A DNA stretch of 64,000 nt from Candidatus Omnitrophota bacterium (GCA_026387175.1 JAPLME010000012.1:5849-69848), one strand, 5' to 3'. Positions 18,506 through 32,982 are shown, counted from the stretch's first letter. Translations and numbers: made by a program. Notes: a model not told the origin generated them from the sequence alone.

Positions 18506-18861
18506 AGCAGAATCCCGGCTTCTTTCGCCAATGCTAAAAAAACACAACCGATCTCCTTACGCAAAAACTTCTTTTCGGGGCCCTTCCTTACGATCACTAC
18601 CATATCAAAGGCCGGTTTGAAGATCGGTTTATTTTTTCTATAAACTTCGCGGAAAGACCTGCGGATGCGATTGCGAATGCAGGCTCGCCTTACATTCGCG
18701 GAACTTATCGAAAAACCCATACGGTTGTAGGCTAAGCCGTTGGGCATTATCGACAGAATGAAACCGTTTTTTCTGAAAGACCTGCCTTTTTTATATACCG
18801 CCCTGAACTCCCTCGACTTTAAAATATGCTCTTTTTTCCTGAAAGTCTCGTCGGAGATCAT
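18502..18861 (-). CDS. rnpA: RNase P protein component
   Basis: [22 protein letters not shown]. Confidence 0.9.
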   Translation of the reverse strand: MISDETFRKKEHILKSREFRAVYKKGRSFRKNGFILSIMPNGLAYNRMGFSISSANVRRACIRNRIRRSFREVYRKNKPIFKPAFDMVVIVRKGPEKKFLRKEIGCVFLALAKEAGILL

Positions 18862-18995
18862 ACGGTAAGCTTATGGCGGCCTTTTCTCCTTCGTCTCTTT
18901 AATACTTCCCTGCCCCAGCGGTCCTTCATTCTTTTTCTAAATCCGTGTTTTTTCTTTCTCTTGATATTGGATTTGGGCTTTAGGCCATATTTCAT
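18858..18995 (-). CDS. rpmH: 50S ribosomal protein L34
   Basis: Manual translation [45 protein letters not shown] (45 aa); not in ORF track. Confidence 0.93.
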   Translation of the reverse strand: MKYGLKPKSNIKRKKKHGFRKRMKDRWGREVLKRRRRKGRHKLTV

Positions 18996-19032
18996 TTTAC
19001 GTTCCTCTCTTTCGCTGTTTTGATGTTGTTAG

Positions 19033-19216
19033 ATTATATCATAAAGGCCCGCCCAGTCAATCATTTAATTTCACTTTATCAATTTTCCTTGCAATGCGGG
19101 CCATACTTTTATATAATAGCGCATGCTGTGCCGTATTAACGGTTAAAAACCATTGTGCACAACATGTGCATAACTTGTTATTTTGTGTGGGACTGGCTTA
19201 ATATTATTGTGGATAA
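19033..19216. promoter_or_regulatory. Divergent rpmH/dnaA promoters and DnaA boxes (oriC part 1)
   Basis: Minus TTGACT-16-TATAAT (19060-19033); plus TTGCAA-17-TATAAT (19089-19117); DnaA boxes TGTGCACAA 19154, TGTGCATAA 19165, TGTGGATAA 19208. Confidence 0.8.
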
Positions 19217-19234
19217 CTGCAGATTGGCGGACAA

Positions 19235-20608
19235 ATGAGCGATTCCGGCAGCGTCTGGACAAAAGCACTGGATATTATCAGAAAAGAGCTCGATAATGAG
19301 CAGACGTTCAATATCTGGTTCAGCCCTATCAAGTGTTCCTCGTGTACGTCGGAGAAAATGATCCTGGAGGTGCCAAACAAGTTTTTCCAGGACTGGTTAT
19401 TGAACAGATATATGGATGTCCTGAATTCCGGCGCCAGGAAAGCCTGCGGCGCGGAAATCAAGATAGAATTTATCTTCGGTGCCGACGAGTCGGCCAACAC
19501 GGAAATCGAGGCGGCAAAGAAAGAGGAGACGAAAAAAGAAGTTAAAGGTTTTTGGCCGTTTTCGAAACACGCTCCGGACCACGCCAGAGAACTGGGGCTC
19601 GACCCCAAGTATACATTCGATAGTTTTGTTATCGGGTCTTCCAACCGCTTTGCCCATGCCGCGGCCATGGCGGTCTCCGATTCTCCGGCGAAAGCCTATA
19701 ATCCTCTCTTTATATACGGCGGCACAGGGCTGGGTAAGACGCATCTTATGCACGCCATAGGGGATCGTGTTCTCGCGAAGAGCCCAAAGACAAAAGTCCT
19801 GTACATTTCGAGCGAGGACTTCACCAACCAGATGATAAGCGCCATCCAAAACCGATCGATGATCAAGTTCAGGGAGAAGTACCGCAGCGTCGATATCCTT
19901 CTGATAGACGATGTGCATTTCATCGCCGGCAAAGATTCCACGCAGGAAGAGTTCTTCCATACTTTTAACACTTTATACGACGCGCACAAACAGATCGTCG
20001 TGACGAGCGACCGCCCCCCGAAGGAGATAAACAAGCTGGAGGAACGGCTCGTATCCAGGTTTTTGTACGGACTCGTGACGGATGTCCAGCCGCCTGATTT
20101 TGAGACGAGGATAGCTATATTAAAGAGGAAGTCCGAAATAGCGGCATTGACTCTGCCTGAAGATGTTTTTTATTTTCTTGCGGAAAAGGTTAAGACCAAT
20201 ATCAGGGAGCTGGAGGGCGCGCTTATACGTGTGGTCGCATATTCGAAGCTTATAGGAAAAGAGGTCTCCGTCGACCTCGCTAAGGAAGTGTTGAAGGACA
20301 TGATCATAGAGGGTGAGAAGAAGATCACCATAGACCTTATACAAAAGAAGGTGAGCGAGTATTTCGATATAAAACTTTCCGATATGAGAGCGAAGAAGCG
20401 CTCGAAGGCAATAGCATACCCGCGTCAGGTGGCGATGTATCTCGCCAGGCAGCTCACTGATTATTCACTTCCGGAGATAGGAGACCAGTTTGGGGGGCGC
20501 GACCATACTACGGTAATACACGCCTGCACTAAAGTGGAAGGTGATTTAAAGAGTAAAGACGGTTTTAAGGTTTTGTTGGGGCGATTAATAGAAAGTATTA
20601 AAGGATAA
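19235..20608 (+). CDS. dnaA: Chromosomal replication initiator DnaA
   Basis: YNPLFIYGGTGLGKTHL, QEEFFHTFN, GGRDHTTV. Confidence 0.98.
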   Translation: MSDSGSVWTKALDIIRKELDNEQTFNIWFSPIKCSSCTSEKMILEVPNKFFQDWLLNRYMDVLNSGARKACGAEIKIEFIFGADESANTEIEAAKKEETKKEVKGFWPFSKHAPDHARELGLDPKYTFDSFVIGSSNRFAHAAAMAVSDSPAKAYNPLFIYGGTGLGKTHLMHAIGDRVLAKSPKTKVLYISSEDFTNQMISAIQNRSMIKFREKYRSVDILLIDDVHFIAGKDSTQEEFFHTFNTLYDAHKQIVVTSDRPPKEINKLEERLVSRFLYGLVTDVQPPDFETRIAILKRKSEIAALTLPEDVFYFLAEKVKTNIRELEGALIRVVAYSKLIGKEVSVDLAKEVLKDMIIEGEKKITIDLIQKKVSEYFDIKLSDMRAKKRSKAIAYPRQVAMYLARQLTDYSLPEIGDQFGGRDHTTVIHACTKVEGDLKSKDGFKVLLGRLIESIKG

Positions 20609-20778
20609 GCCTGGGTATCCTGTTTGGCGTGTTGATAAGTTTTTTGGTTTTGGGTAGCGGTGGGTTTTTATAATATATTGCGGTGTAGATAGTTAACACG
20701 TTATACACTTATCCACAGGTATTACTACGGCTATTGCTATTTTTTAATTTAGTATAATAATCGAAGGGAGTAGAGGGA
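20609..20778. other. oriC part 2: DnaA boxes, DnaA-trio-like tract and AT-rich unwinding element
   Basis: TTATACACT (20701) and TTATCCACA (20709-20717), then GGT-ATTACTACGGCTATTGCTATTTTTTAATTT; gene strand polarity switches here. Confidence 0.8.
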
Positions 20779-21835
20779 ATGAAATTTACCGCGCCTAAGG
20801 ATGTGCTGTTAAAAGGTATACAGAGCGTGCAGACGGTGATAGATTCGAAAGCGGTACAGCCGATACTGTCACATATACTGATAAAAGCCGCAACAGACAA
20901 CTTAATATTAACAGCAACGGATTTCAATGTGGGGATAATAACCACGATCCCCGTAAAACCATCGATAATCGGGGCGATAACGGTGCCGGCGAAAAAATTT
21001 TCGGAGATAATTAAGGAGCTGCCGGACGGCGAGGCTATTTCGATATCGGTAAAGAAGAATAATATCATCAACATAGAGTGTGGCAATAGCAACTTCAAAA
21101 TAATGGGGCTGTCGGAAGAGGAATTTTCCAAGCCGCCCGAATTCAAAGACAAAAATTATGTAACATTAAAACAATCCAGGTTAAAGATGATGCTCCGCAG
21201 GACAGGTTTTGCGACGGGCCACGACGAGATAAGGCACGTGTTGAACGGGATATTGTTTGTGTTGAAACCCTCAGGTTTAAGGCTCGTGGCGACCGACGGA
21301 AGATGCCTTGCCATGACGGAAGAAAAGATGCAGCTTCCGAAAACGCTCGAGGGGAAATTTATATTACCGTCGAAAGCTGTAGCTGAGCTCGACAGGATCC
21401 TGGCCGACGACGGAGAGGTGAGGATGTCGGTGGCGGAGAAGCAGGTGATGTTCGATACCGGGGTGACGAAGCTGGTCTCCAGGCTCATCGAGGGCGACTT
21501 TCCTAACTATGAACGCGTGATCCCTGAAGAGACGAAAGAAAAGATAACCGTCTCCAGGCAGGCTCTTCTGGCGGCCATAAAACGCGTCGCGCTCTTCACA
21601 AGCCCCGACTCGATGTTCGTCAGGGTGGATGCGGCCAAGGACAAGATGGTTTTATCGAAGAGTGACCCTCATACGGGAGAAGCTCGCGTAGAGTTAACGG
21701 CGCAGTATAAAGGAAAAGAGCTGTCGATCGGGTTCAACCCCGATTATCTTATAAGCTTATTGAAGAATGTGGACCAGGAGACGATAGCCCTGGAGCTCGT
21801 CGACGCAGAGAAGCCGGGCGTTGTGAGGATCGCGG

Positions 21836-24669
<2,834 letters not shown>

Positions 24670-24749
24670 TTAATTTATAGCTATTACAAGGCCGATATCA
24701 GGGATATCGGCACTTAGCATACAAGAAGGCTTAATAAACTAGGAGTGAT

Positions 24750-27347
24750 ATGTACGCGCTTAATGAAAAAGTAACGCCCAGATGTATAGAAGAGGAGATG
24801 AAGGATTCGTATATAAATTACGCGATGAGCGTAATAGTCGGCAGGGCCCTGCCCGATATACGCGACGGGTTGAAACCCGTGCACAGGAGAGTGCTTTACG
24901 CTATGAGAGAGTTGGGGCTCGAACACAACAAGCCGCACAAGAAGAGCGCCAGGATCGTCGGAGAGGTGCTCGGTAAATATCATCCGCACGGAGACGCCTC
25001 CATCTACGATACACTTGTCCGCATGGCGCAGAGTTTCAGCCTGCGTTACCCGCTTGTCGACGGCCAGGGAAATTTTGGATCTATCGACGGAGATTCCGCG
25101 GCGGCGATGAGGTACACTGAGGCCAGGCTCGAACATATCACGGACTGGATGCTTCTCGACATCGACAAAAACACGGTCGATTTCGCGCCAAACTTCGACG
25201 GGTCTCTGGAGGAGCCGACCGTGCTGCCGTCATGCCTGCCCAACCTCCTGGTAAACGGCTCGAGCGGTATCGCCGTCGGAATGGCGACGAATATCCCCCC
25301 GCATAATTTAAAAGAAGTGGCGGATGCCATAATACATATAATAGAGAACCCCGCATGCGAACCCAAGGAACTATTGAAGAAGATAAAGGGACCCGACTTT
25401 CCGACGGGCGGGATAATAAAAGGATACGAGGGTATAAGGAACGCTTACCTGACGGGCCGCGGGCTCTTAAGGATACACGCGAAGGCCTTTATAGAGGAGA
25501 TGAAGAGCGGGAAAGAGGCCATTATTATTAAAGAGATCCCGTACATGGTCAACAAATCAAACCTCATCGAATCGATCGCCGATCTCGTCCAGGAGAAAAA
25601 GATAGACGGTATCACGGACCTGAGAGACGAATCCGATAAAGACGGAATGCGTATCGTTATAGAGCTGAGGCGCGGGGCTATCGCGCGGGTGGTATTGAAC
25701 CTGCTCTACAAGCATACCCAGATGCAGCAGACATTCGGCGTCATTATGCTGGCTCTCGTCGACGGGCGTCCCAAGGTCCTGAACCTGAAAGACATGCTCG
25801 TCGAATTCATAAAGCACAGGAAAGATATCATTGTGAGGAGGACGCGGTTCGATCTTGAGAAAGCGCAGGACCGGGCGCATATCCTGGAAGGCTTGAAAAT
25901 TGCGCTCAAGAACCTCGATAAGATAATAAAGCTTATAAGGGAATCTAAAGATCCCCAGGTCGCGAAAGCCGCCCTTATCGAAAAGTTTGATCTTTCGGAC
26001 AAGCAGGCGCAGGCGATCCTGGAGATGCAACTGCAGCGTCTCACAAATCTGGAGCGCGAAAAGATCGACAAAGAGTATCTCGAGCTTATAAAGAAGATAG
26101 AGTATTATAAGTCGATACTCGACAGCGAGAAACTGGTATTGCAGATCATCAAAGACGAAACTAAGGAGCTTGCGGAGAAATTCGGCGACGAGAGAAGGAC
26201 TGAAATCGCTCCGGAGGCGGAGGAGCTCGAGATAGAGGATCTGATAACAGAAGAAGACGTTGTTATCACGATGAGCCACGGCGGCTACATTAAGAGGCTT
26301 CCGATCTCCAGCTATCGCAAGCAGCACCGCGGCGGCAGGGGCGTGGCCGGGGCCGATATAAAAGAAGAGGATTTTATAGAGCACTTATTCGTGGCCTCGA
26401 CCCATGACTCGCTGCTCTTCTTTACCGATAAGGGTGTGGTGCACTGGCTTAAAGTTCATGAGATACCCGAAGCGGGGCGCAGCTCTAAAGGTAAAGCGAT
26501 CATAAATCTTCTGGCAATCGGCCCCGGCGAGAAGATAAGCGCCTTTGTGCCCGTGAGAGAATACAAGGATGGGCACTTTCTCGTTATGGCGACAAAGACC
26601 GGTTCGATAAAGAAAACGGATCTTCAGGCCTATTCGAACCCACGCAAGGGGGGCATCATAGGTATGGGGTTGGAAAAAGGGGATGAGCTCATCGGCGTCA
26701 AAATGACCAACGGCTCCAATGAGATACTGCTCGCCACTCGCGAAGGCAAAGCCATACGCTTCAAGGAAGAGCAGGTGCGCGATATGGGCCGCTCCGCGAA
26801 AGGCGTGCGCGGAATAAGGCTGGGCAAGAAAGACGCCGTTATAGCCATGGAGATAGTGGACCCCGACCAGACGATCCTTACCGTCACGGGCCTGGGATTT
26901 GGGAAGAGGACCTTATTCAAGGAATACAGGTTGCAAACCCGAGGCGGGAAAGGTATTATAAATATTAAAGTTACGGGTAGGAATGGCGAGGCCGTGGGCT
27001 TAAGGACCGTTTCGGATAAAGACGAGCTTATGCTCGTCACCGAAAAGGGAATGGTGGTCCGCTGCCCGGTGAAAGACGTTCGTACCACAGGCCGTTCCAC
27101 TCAAGGGGTCAGGCTGATGAAGCTTGACGCTCATGACGTGGTGGCGTCGATGGCTAAGATAGTGCCTGAAGAGGAAACGGAGAAAGTGGTAGAGGCCATT
27201 CCTGCCGCTATTCCTCAAGATAGCGTAAAAGCGCCTGAGCCGCAAAAAGCCGAAGTGAAAGAAACGAAAAAAGAGCCTGTCAAGGAAGCGGCTCCGGGAA
27301 AGAAGCCCGCGGCAAAGCCAAAGGCTAAAAAAATCAAAAGAAAATAA
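24750..27347 (+). CDS. gyrA: DNA gyrase subunit A
   Basis: YHPHGD, AAMRYTE, GyrA-box QHRGGRG; Lys/Pro/Ala-rich tail. Confidence 0.98.
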   Translation: MYALNEKVTPRCIEEEMKDSYINYAMSVIVGRALPDIRDGLKPVHRRVLYAMRELGLEHNKPHKKSARIVGEVLGKYHPHGDASIYDTLVRMAQSFSLRYPLVDGQGNFGSIDGDSAAAMRYTEARLEHITDWMLLDIDKNTVDFAPNFDGSLEEPTVLPSCLPNLLVNGSSGIAVGMATNIPPHNLKEVADAIIHIIENPACEPKELLKKIKGPDFPTGGIIKGYEGIRNAYLTGRGLLRIHAKAFIEEMKSGKEAIIIKEIPYMVNKSNLIESIADLVQEKKIDGITDLRDESDKDGMRIVIELRRGAIARVVLNLLYKHTQMQQTFGVIMLALVDGRPKVLNLKDMLVEFIKHRKDIIVRRTRFDLEKAQDRAHILEGLKIALKNLDKIIKLIRESKDPQVAKAALIEKFDLSDKQAQAILEMQLQRLTNLEREKIDKEYLELIKKIEYYKSILDSEKLVLQIIKDETKELAEKFGDERRTEIAPEAEELEIEDLITEEDVVITMSHGGYIKRLPISSYRKQHRGGRGVAGADIKEEDFIEHLFVASTHDSLLFFTDKGVVHWLKVHEIPEAGRSSKGKAIINLLAIGPGEKISAFVPVREYKDGHFLVMATKTGSIKKTDLQAYSNPRKGGIIGMGLEKGDELIGVKMTNGSNEILLATREGKAIRFKEEQVRDMGRSAKGVRGIRLGKKDAVIAMEIVDPDQTILTVTGLGFGKRTLFKEYRLQTRGGKGIINIKVTGRNGEAVGLRTVSDKDELMLVTEKGMVVRCPVKDVRTTGRSTQGVRLMKLDAHDVVASMAKIVPEEETEKVVEAIPAAIPQDSVKAPEPQKAEVKETKKEPVKEAAPGKKPAAKPKAKKIKRK

Positions 27348-27353
27348 TTCAGC

Positions 27354-27431
27354 GTCCCCATCGTCTAGTCTGGCCTAGGACATCAGATTTTCATTCTGAC
27401 GACCGGGGTTCGAATCCCCGTGGGGACGCCA
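27354..27431 (+). tRNA. tRNA-Glu(TTC)
   Basis: GTCCCCA acceptor, TCAGA-TTTTCAT-TCTGA, GGTTCGAATCC, GCCA. Confidence 0.95.
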
Positions 27432-27442
27432 TTCTACACGAT

Positions 27443-27532
27443 GGGGCCATCCCAAAAAGGGACACCCTGCAATCTCAACCCCCGCCCCTTTAAGTTTATT
27501 TATTACAGGGTGTCCCTTTTTGGGATGGCCCC
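27443..27532. repeat. REP/MITE-like doublet with 27-bp perfect inverted repeats
   Basis: GGGGCCATCCCAAAAAGGGACACCCTG (27443-27469) and its reverse complement (27506-27532); same motif recurs at 45016, 45531, 45575 and 48724. Confidence 0.85.
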
Positions 27533-27544
27533 CGTGGAGCCAGG

Positions 27545-28630
27545 ATGCAGATTGTAAATGGACAAATAATTTTACAAAGCGCCATAGTAAAAAATACCAC
27601 CCTTCTTATCGAAAACGGCAGGATAAAACGCCTCGGCAAAGCCGCCGCATTTCATAATGCGGATACGATCGACGCGAAAGGTTTTTTCATCTCGCCGGGC
27701 TTTATCGATTCCCATATTCACGGCGATCCGGCGAAAATATTCCCATACGAAATAAGATACGGCACCACGGCGATAGTCCCCGCCATATCATGCGGCTTGC
27801 CCGGAGACATCGCGAGGTCGGTAAATTCGATCAAACATTTTAGAGATACCGACGCGCTTGGCCCTTCTGCGCTGGGCTTGAGGCTCGAAGGGCCATTCAT
27901 CAGCAAAGAGAAATCGGGCGCTCAAGATAAAAGATTTATAAAGCCGCCCTCTCCGCGTGAACTCCGCGGGATAATTAAAAGATGCGGGGGTCTTCTAAGG
28001 ATCGTGACTCTTGCGCCCGAGCTCAAAGGCGCCGGAGAGCTGATACGGATTTTAAGGAAAAACGGTATAATAGCGTCGATGGGGCACACAAATGCCGGTT
28101 ATGAAGAGGGGATCAAAGGCATAGATGCCGGCATGACTCATGCCACGCATTTGTTTAACGGGATGCGCCGTGTTTCCAGCAATGAAGACAGCGCCGCGAT
28201 CGCATGCCTGGCCGATAAACATGTCTGGATCGAGATCATATGCGATTTAATACATGTTCGGGCGGCATTATTGCGTCTGGCGATTGCCGCAAAGCGCAAA
28301 AATATAATATTAATAACCGACTCGGTGCGGGCTGAGGCGCATGGCTGCGGGATAAGCGGGGGAGTATACAGGCTAAAGGACGGCACCATAGCAGGCTCAC
28401 GCCTTACGATGATAGAAGCAGTAAAGAACGCGGTGCGATCCTGTGGAGTCCAGCTCAAAGACGCGGTGGCTTTCGCGACGATAAATCCGGCCAGGCTCCT
28501 GGGCATTGACGCTTTTAAAGGATCCATCGCGCGGGGGAAAGATGCCGATATCGTAATATTCGACAAAAATTTTGATGTAAAAATGACGATCGCGCGTGGT
28601 AAAATAGCCTATCGGAAAAGAGGTTTTTGA
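27545..28630 (+). CDS. nagA: N-acetylglucosamine-6-phosphate deacetylase
   Basis: PGFIDSHIHG, LEGPF, TLAPE, THLFNGM, ITDS. Confidence 0.92.
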   Translation: MQIVNGQIILQSAIVKNTTLLIENGRIKRLGKAAAFHNADTIDAKGFFISPGFIDSHIHGDPAKIFPYEIRYGTTAIVPAISCGLPGDIARSVNSIKHFRDTDALGPSALGLRLEGPFISKEKSGAQDKRFIKPPSPRELRGIIKRCGGLLRIVTLAPELKGAGELIRILRKNGIIASMGHTNAGYEEGIKGIDAGMTHATHLFNGMRRVSSNEDSAAIACLADKHVWIEIICDLIHVRAALLRLAIAAKRKNIILITDSVRAEAHGCGISGGVYRLKDGTIAGSRLTMIEAVKNAVRSCGVQLKDAVAFATINPARLLGIDAFKGSIARGKDADIVIFDKNFDVKMTIARGKIAYRKRGF

Positions 28631-28634
28631 TAGT

Positions 28635-30497
28635 ATGTGCGGAATAGTAGGATATGTGGGAAGCAAAAAGGCCCAGGATGTGATTCTGAAAGGCCTGAGC
28701 CGTCTTGAATACAGAGGCTATGATTCCGCCGGCGCGGCGATACTCAATACCGCCGGCAAGGTAAGCATAGTGAAGAAGCAGGGAAAATTGAAGGTTCTTG
28801 CCTCAGAACTTTCCGGCAACCCTATCGAAGGCAGTGTCGGAATAGGTCACACCAGATGGGCCACCCATGGCGTTCCCAGTGATGCCAATGCCCACCCTCA
28901 CCGCGATTGCGCCGGAAAGATAGCGGTGGTGCATAACGGTATAATCGAGAACTATCTCAAGCTTAAGAACGAGTTAAAAAAGAGAGGGCACAAATTCGTC
29001 TCGGAAACGGATACCGAAGTAATACCTCATCTCGTGGAGGAGCTTTATAAGAATGACCTGGAAGAAGCGGTGCGTAGAGCCGTCAAGATGCTGAAGGGCT
29101 CTTATGCCATCGCGGTGATCCATAAAGACGAGCCGTGGAAAGTGGTAGGGGCCAGGCTCGATTCGCCTCTCATAGTCGGGGTCGGCAAAGACGAAAATTT
29201 CCTCGCAAGCGATGTGCCGGCTATCCTGGACTACACGCATGATGTCATATATCTCGATAATTACGATATAGTGACGATCACGAAGGAGTCCGTGACCGTG
29301 AAAGATACGGCGGGCCGTATTGTACAAAAGAAACCTTCCAGAATAAAATGGGATATAAGCCAGGCGGAAAAGGCCGGCTATAAACACTTTATGCTGAAGG
29401 AGATATTCGAACAGGGAGATGTAGTAGAAAAGATCATAGATGAAAGGATAAAGGACGGCAGAGTCGAATTCGACGAGCTTAAGATAAAAGAAGCGGATTT
29501 TAAACGTTTTAAGAATATAGCGATAGTGGCGTGCGGCACCGCCTATCATGCCGGGCTTACCGGCAAATATATGATAGAGGAGTATGTGAAGGTCCCCTGC
29601 CTCGTCGATACTTCAAGCGAGTTCCGCTACCGGAGCCCGGTGGTGGATAAAGATACGCTCGTCATCATAGTATCGCAGTCGGGCGAAACGGCGGATAGCC
29701 TTGCGGCCCTCAGAGAAGCCAGGAAGAAGGGATGTAAGGTGCTCGCGATCTGTAACGTGCTGGGCAGTTCGATCGCTCGAGAAGCTCACGGCGTCATATA
29801 TACGCATGCTGGCCCCGAGATAGCGGTGGCGTCTACCAAGGCCTATACCGCGCAGCTTGCGATATTCTATCTGATCACGCTGTATCTCGCGTGTATCAAA
29901 AGGACGATCTCTCCACCCGGGTTAAGGACGCTTATCAAAGAATTTAAAAAATGCGCCGCGCTGATGAACGGGCTCCTGGACGAATACAGGTCCGATTATA
30001 ATATACTGGCGGCGTATGCCCAGGAGTTTAAAAAATATTACCACTCGAAACACAATAAATCGTATTTCTTATATATGGCGCGCAATATAAATTATCCAAA
30101 CGCGCTTGAGGGCGCGCTGAAACTGAAAGAGATATCTTATATCAGCGCCGAAGGGTATCCTGCCGGTGAAATGAAACACGGGCCGATAGCGCTTATCGAC
30201 GAGAACCCGTGGGTCGTCTGTATCGCGGTAAAGTCAAAGACCTACGATAAGATGCTTTCGAATATACAGGAGATAAAGACGCGCGGCGGCATAGTGATAG
30301 CTATGGTTACCGAAGGCGACAAAGAGATAATGCACCATAATGTGAACTACACTATCGAAATACCATCGGTAGAAGAGCTCTTCTCGCCGCTTCTGGCGGT
30401 GATCCCGCTTCAGCTTTTGGCCTACTATGTGGCGTTTGAATTCGGGTATGATATCGATCAACCCAGAAATCTCGCCAAATCCGTAACGGTAGAATAG
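28635..30497 (+). CDS. glmS: Glutamine-fructose-6-phosphate aminotransferase
   Basis: MCGIVG, GHTRWATHG, SQSGETAD, PRNLAKSVTVE. Confidence 0.98.
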   Translation: MCGIVGYVGSKKAQDVILKGLSRLEYRGYDSAGAAILNTAGKVSIVKKQGKLKVLASELSGNPIEGSVGIGHTRWATHGVPSDANAHPHRDCAGKIAVVHNGIIENYLKLKNELKKRGHKFVSETDTEVIPHLVEELYKNDLEEAVRRAVKMLKGSYAIAVIHKDEPWKVVGARLDSPLIVGVGKDENFLASDVPAILDYTHDVIYLDNYDIVTITKESVTVKDTAGRIVQKKPSRIKWDISQAEKAGYKHFMLKEIFEQGDVVEKIIDERIKDGRVEFDELKIKEADFKRFKNIAIVACGTAYHAGLTGKYMIEEYVKVPCLVDTSSEFRYRSPVVDKDTLVIIVSQSGETADSLAALREARKKGCKVLAICNVLGSSIAREAHGVIYTHAGPEIAVASTKAYTAQLAIFYLITLYLACIKRTISPPGLRTLIKEFKKCAALMNGLLDEYRSDYNILAAYAQEFKKYYHSKHNKSYFLYMARNINYPNALEGALKLKEISYISAEGYPAGEMKHGPIALIDENPWVVCIAVKSKTYDKMLSNIQEIKTRGGIVIAMVTEGDKEIMHHNVNYTIEIPSVEELFSPLLAVIPLQLLAYYVAFEFGYDIDQPRNLAKSVTVE

Positions 30498-30502
30498 CGG
30501 TT

Positions 30503-31165
30503 ATGCCCGGGACTCTCTACATAGTCTCCACCCCCATTGGTAATCTGGCCGACATGACACTTCGCGGGATCGAGACATTAAAATCCGTGGATCTTATAGC
30601 CGCGGAGGACACTCGCCACACCAGGATACTGCTGGGCCACTATCAGATAGCCACCGGGATGACCAGCTACTTCGAATACAATAAGATCCAGAAGACAGAA
30701 TATCTCTTAAAGATTTTACAGGAAGGGAAGTCGGTCGCCCTTGTCTCCGACGCCGGCACCCCCGGTATTTCAGATCCCGGATACAGGGTGATCCGGATGT
30801 GCATAGATAACAAGATACCGGTCGTACCGATACCGGGTGCGTCGGGCCTCTTGACGGCTCTCGTCGTATCGGGCAAACCCACCGATAAATTCACATTCGA
30901 GGGATTCCTGTCTAATAAACCCATAAAGAGAAAAAACCAGTTGAAGAAGCTTAAAAGCGAAGAGAGGACCGCGGTGCTCTACGAGTCGCCTCACAGGATA
31001 CTTAAATTACTGGCGGATATACTTGAGGTGTACGGCGACATCGAGATTGTCGTAGCGAGGGAATTGACCAAGAAATTCGAGGAGCTCAGGCGAGAAAAGG
31101 TGACGGACGCGCTCGGGCATTTTAAATCCGCTTCGCCCCGGGGCGAATTTATAGTGATAATTTAA
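30503..31165 (+). CDS. rsmI: 16S rRNA C1402 2'-O-methyltransferase
   Basis: TPIGNL, AEDTRHT, SDAGTPGISDPG, RELTKKFE. Confidence 0.95.
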   Translation: MPGTLYIVSTPIGNLADMTLRGIETLKSVDLIAAEDTRHTRILLGHYQIATGMTSYFEYNKIQKTEYLLKILQEGKSVALVSDAGTPGISDPGYRVIRMCIDNKIPVVPIPGASGLLTALVVSGKPTDKFTFEGFLSNKPIKRKNQLKKLKSEERTAVLYESPHRILKLLADILEVYGDIEIVVARELTKKFEELRREKVTDALGHFKSASPRGEFIVII

Positions 31166-32257
31166 ATGGCGACGACAAAGAGAAATATAAAAGCGCTATT
31201 TTTAACGAAATATTCGCGCGAAGGCGCCAGCACCAGATACAGGTTTCTGCAATACTTCCCTTATCTGGAGGCCGAAGGCGTACGGTGCACCTTCTCATCG
31301 CTTACGGACGCGTCGTATTTAAAAAACCTCTACGCTATTAAAAGAGGAACGCCCGGTGATTATACTAGAGCGTTTTTCCGCAGGGTGAAAGCGTTCCTGG
31401 GCGTCCGTAAATATGATATAGTGGTGATAGAATATGAGATTTTGCCTTATTTCCCGCCGGTCCTGGAAACGGCCCTGAAGGCATTAAAGATCCCCTATAT
31501 CGTCAATTACGATGACGCGGTATTTTACAGGTACAGCCAGAGCCCGAAGCCATGGGTGAGAGCGCTCCTGGGCAATAAGATAGACGTGGTGATGCGTAAC
31601 GCGAACCTTGTCATTGCCGGTAACCAATATTTGGCTGACTATGCCGCGAAAAAAGCAGGGGCTCCCCATGTCGAGATACTGCCCACGGCAGTGGATATAA
31701 AAAGATATCCGCTTATCTCCCCGCGCAAAGAGAACCCGATATTCACGATCGGCTGGATAGGATCGCCGTCCACAGCGAAGTATTTAACCGATATCGCTCC
31801 GGCGCTTGCCAGAGTATGCGAGGGAGGTAGAGGCAAAGTGGTTTTAATCGGCTCAGGCCCTGTGAAGCTTGAAGGCCTCCCGGCTGAGGTTAGGCCATGG
31901 AGCGAAGAAACCGAGGTGCGGGACCTTGAGTCGTGCGATGCGGGGATAATGCCGCTTTACGACGGATTATGGGAGAAGGGCAAATGCGGGCTCAAGACCA
32001 TTCAGTACATGGCGTGCGCTCTTCCCGTAGTCGTGTCCCCTGTAGGCGTAAACAGGGAGATCGTTGAGGATGGCGCGACCGGCATTCTGGCGTCTAGTAA
32101 CGACGAATGGGTTCGCGCCCTTACAACGTTAAGAGATGATAAGGCATTAAGAGGCCGACTGGGACTTGCCGGGCGTAAAAGGGTGGAGGAGAGGTATTCG
32201 GTGCAGGTGGCTGCGCCAAAATTCGCGAAACTCATCATAGAAGCGTCTGGAAAATAA
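31166..32257 (+). CDS. GT4 glycosyltransferase
   Basis: IGWIGS, GIMPL, KCGLKTIQYMACALPVVVSPVG. Confidence 0.88.
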   Translation: MATTKRNIKALFLTKYSREGASTRYRFLQYFPYLEAEGVRCTFSSLTDASYLKNLYAIKRGTPGDYTRAFFRRVKAFLGVRKYDIVVIEYEILPYFPPVLETALKALKIPYIVNYDDAVFYRYSQSPKPWVRALLGNKIDVVMRNANLVIAGNQYLADYAAKKAGAPHVEILPTAVDIKRYPLISPRKENPIFTIGWIGSPSTAKYLTDIAPALARVCEGGRGKVVLIGSGPVKLEGLPAEVRPWSEETEVRDLESCDAGIMPLYDGLWEKGKCGLKTIQYMACALPVVVSPVGVNREIVEDGATGILASSNDEWVRALTTLRDDKALRGRLGLAGRKRVEERYSVQVAAPKFAKLIIEASGK

Positions 32258-32260
32258 AAG

Positions 32261-32399
32261 TTGACACCGGCGTGAGATATGGTATAATAGAGTCCGGTTC
32301 AGATCAAAACCTTTTAAAGATCGGTCCTTGAGAGGCCGGAAAAGGAGAAGAATAAGATGAGACTGCCCATTTATCTGTTTAAGGTAAGTGGGATTTTTT
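32261..32399 (+). promoter_or_regulatory. pyr operon promoter and PyrR-binding attenuator
   Basis: TTGACA-16-TATAAT (32261-32288); AACCTTTTAAA...GGTCCTTGAGAGGCC...AAAGG matches the PyrR binding loop; terminator CCCATTTATC/GGTAAGTGGG-ATTTTTT at 32366-32399. Confidence 0.85.
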
Positions 32400-32418
32400 A
32401 TGCCCGGGGAAGGGAGAT

Positions 32419-32967
32419 ATGGCTGTGAAAGAGAAATCCAAAGTAATGGATAAAGAGGCGATCGATAAAGCGCTCGAGCGCATAGCCCACGAAATCATCG
32501 AGCATTTCGAGGATCTGGACGATATAGCGGTGATAGGAATAAAAAACCGCGGAGCACACCTGGCCCAGCGCCTTGCATTAAAAATAGGGCGTATCACAAA
32601 GAAGAACCCGCCCGTCGGAGCGCTCGATATAACTCTTTACAGGGACGACCTTACGCAGGTAGCGGAACAGCCGGTTGTCCATGCCACGGAAATAGATTTT
32701 ACCATAGAGGGCAGGAATATAGTCCTGGTCGACGACGTTCTCTTCACCGGCCGTACGATAAGGTGCGCCCTTGACGCTCTGATAGATTTCGGCCGCCCGG
32801 GCTGTATACAGCTCGCCGTGCTCGTAGATAGGGGGCATAGGGAGCTTCCGATAAAAGCCGATTATGTAGGCAAGAATGTGCCGACATCCGCCGATGAGCT
32901 TGTCGAGGTAAGGCTTGCGGAGACAGACGGCAAAGATGAGGTTGTGCTTTGTCAGAAGACGTCCTAA
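32419..32967 (+). CDS. pyrR: Pyrimidine operon attenuation protein/UPRTase
   Basis: RIAHEIIE, LDITLYRDD, VDDVLFTGRT, DRGHRELPI. Confidence 0.97.
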   Translation: MAVKEKSKVMDKEAIDKALERIAHEIIEHFEDLDDIAVIGIKNRGAHLAQRLALKIGRITKKNPPVGALDITLYRDDLTQVAEQPVVHATEIDFTIEGRNIVLVDDVLFTGRTIRCALDALIDFGRPGCIQLAVLVDRGHRELPIKADYVGKNVPTSADELVEVRLAETDGKDEVVLCQKTS

Positions 32968-32982
32968 AGATGAGGTTGTTCT

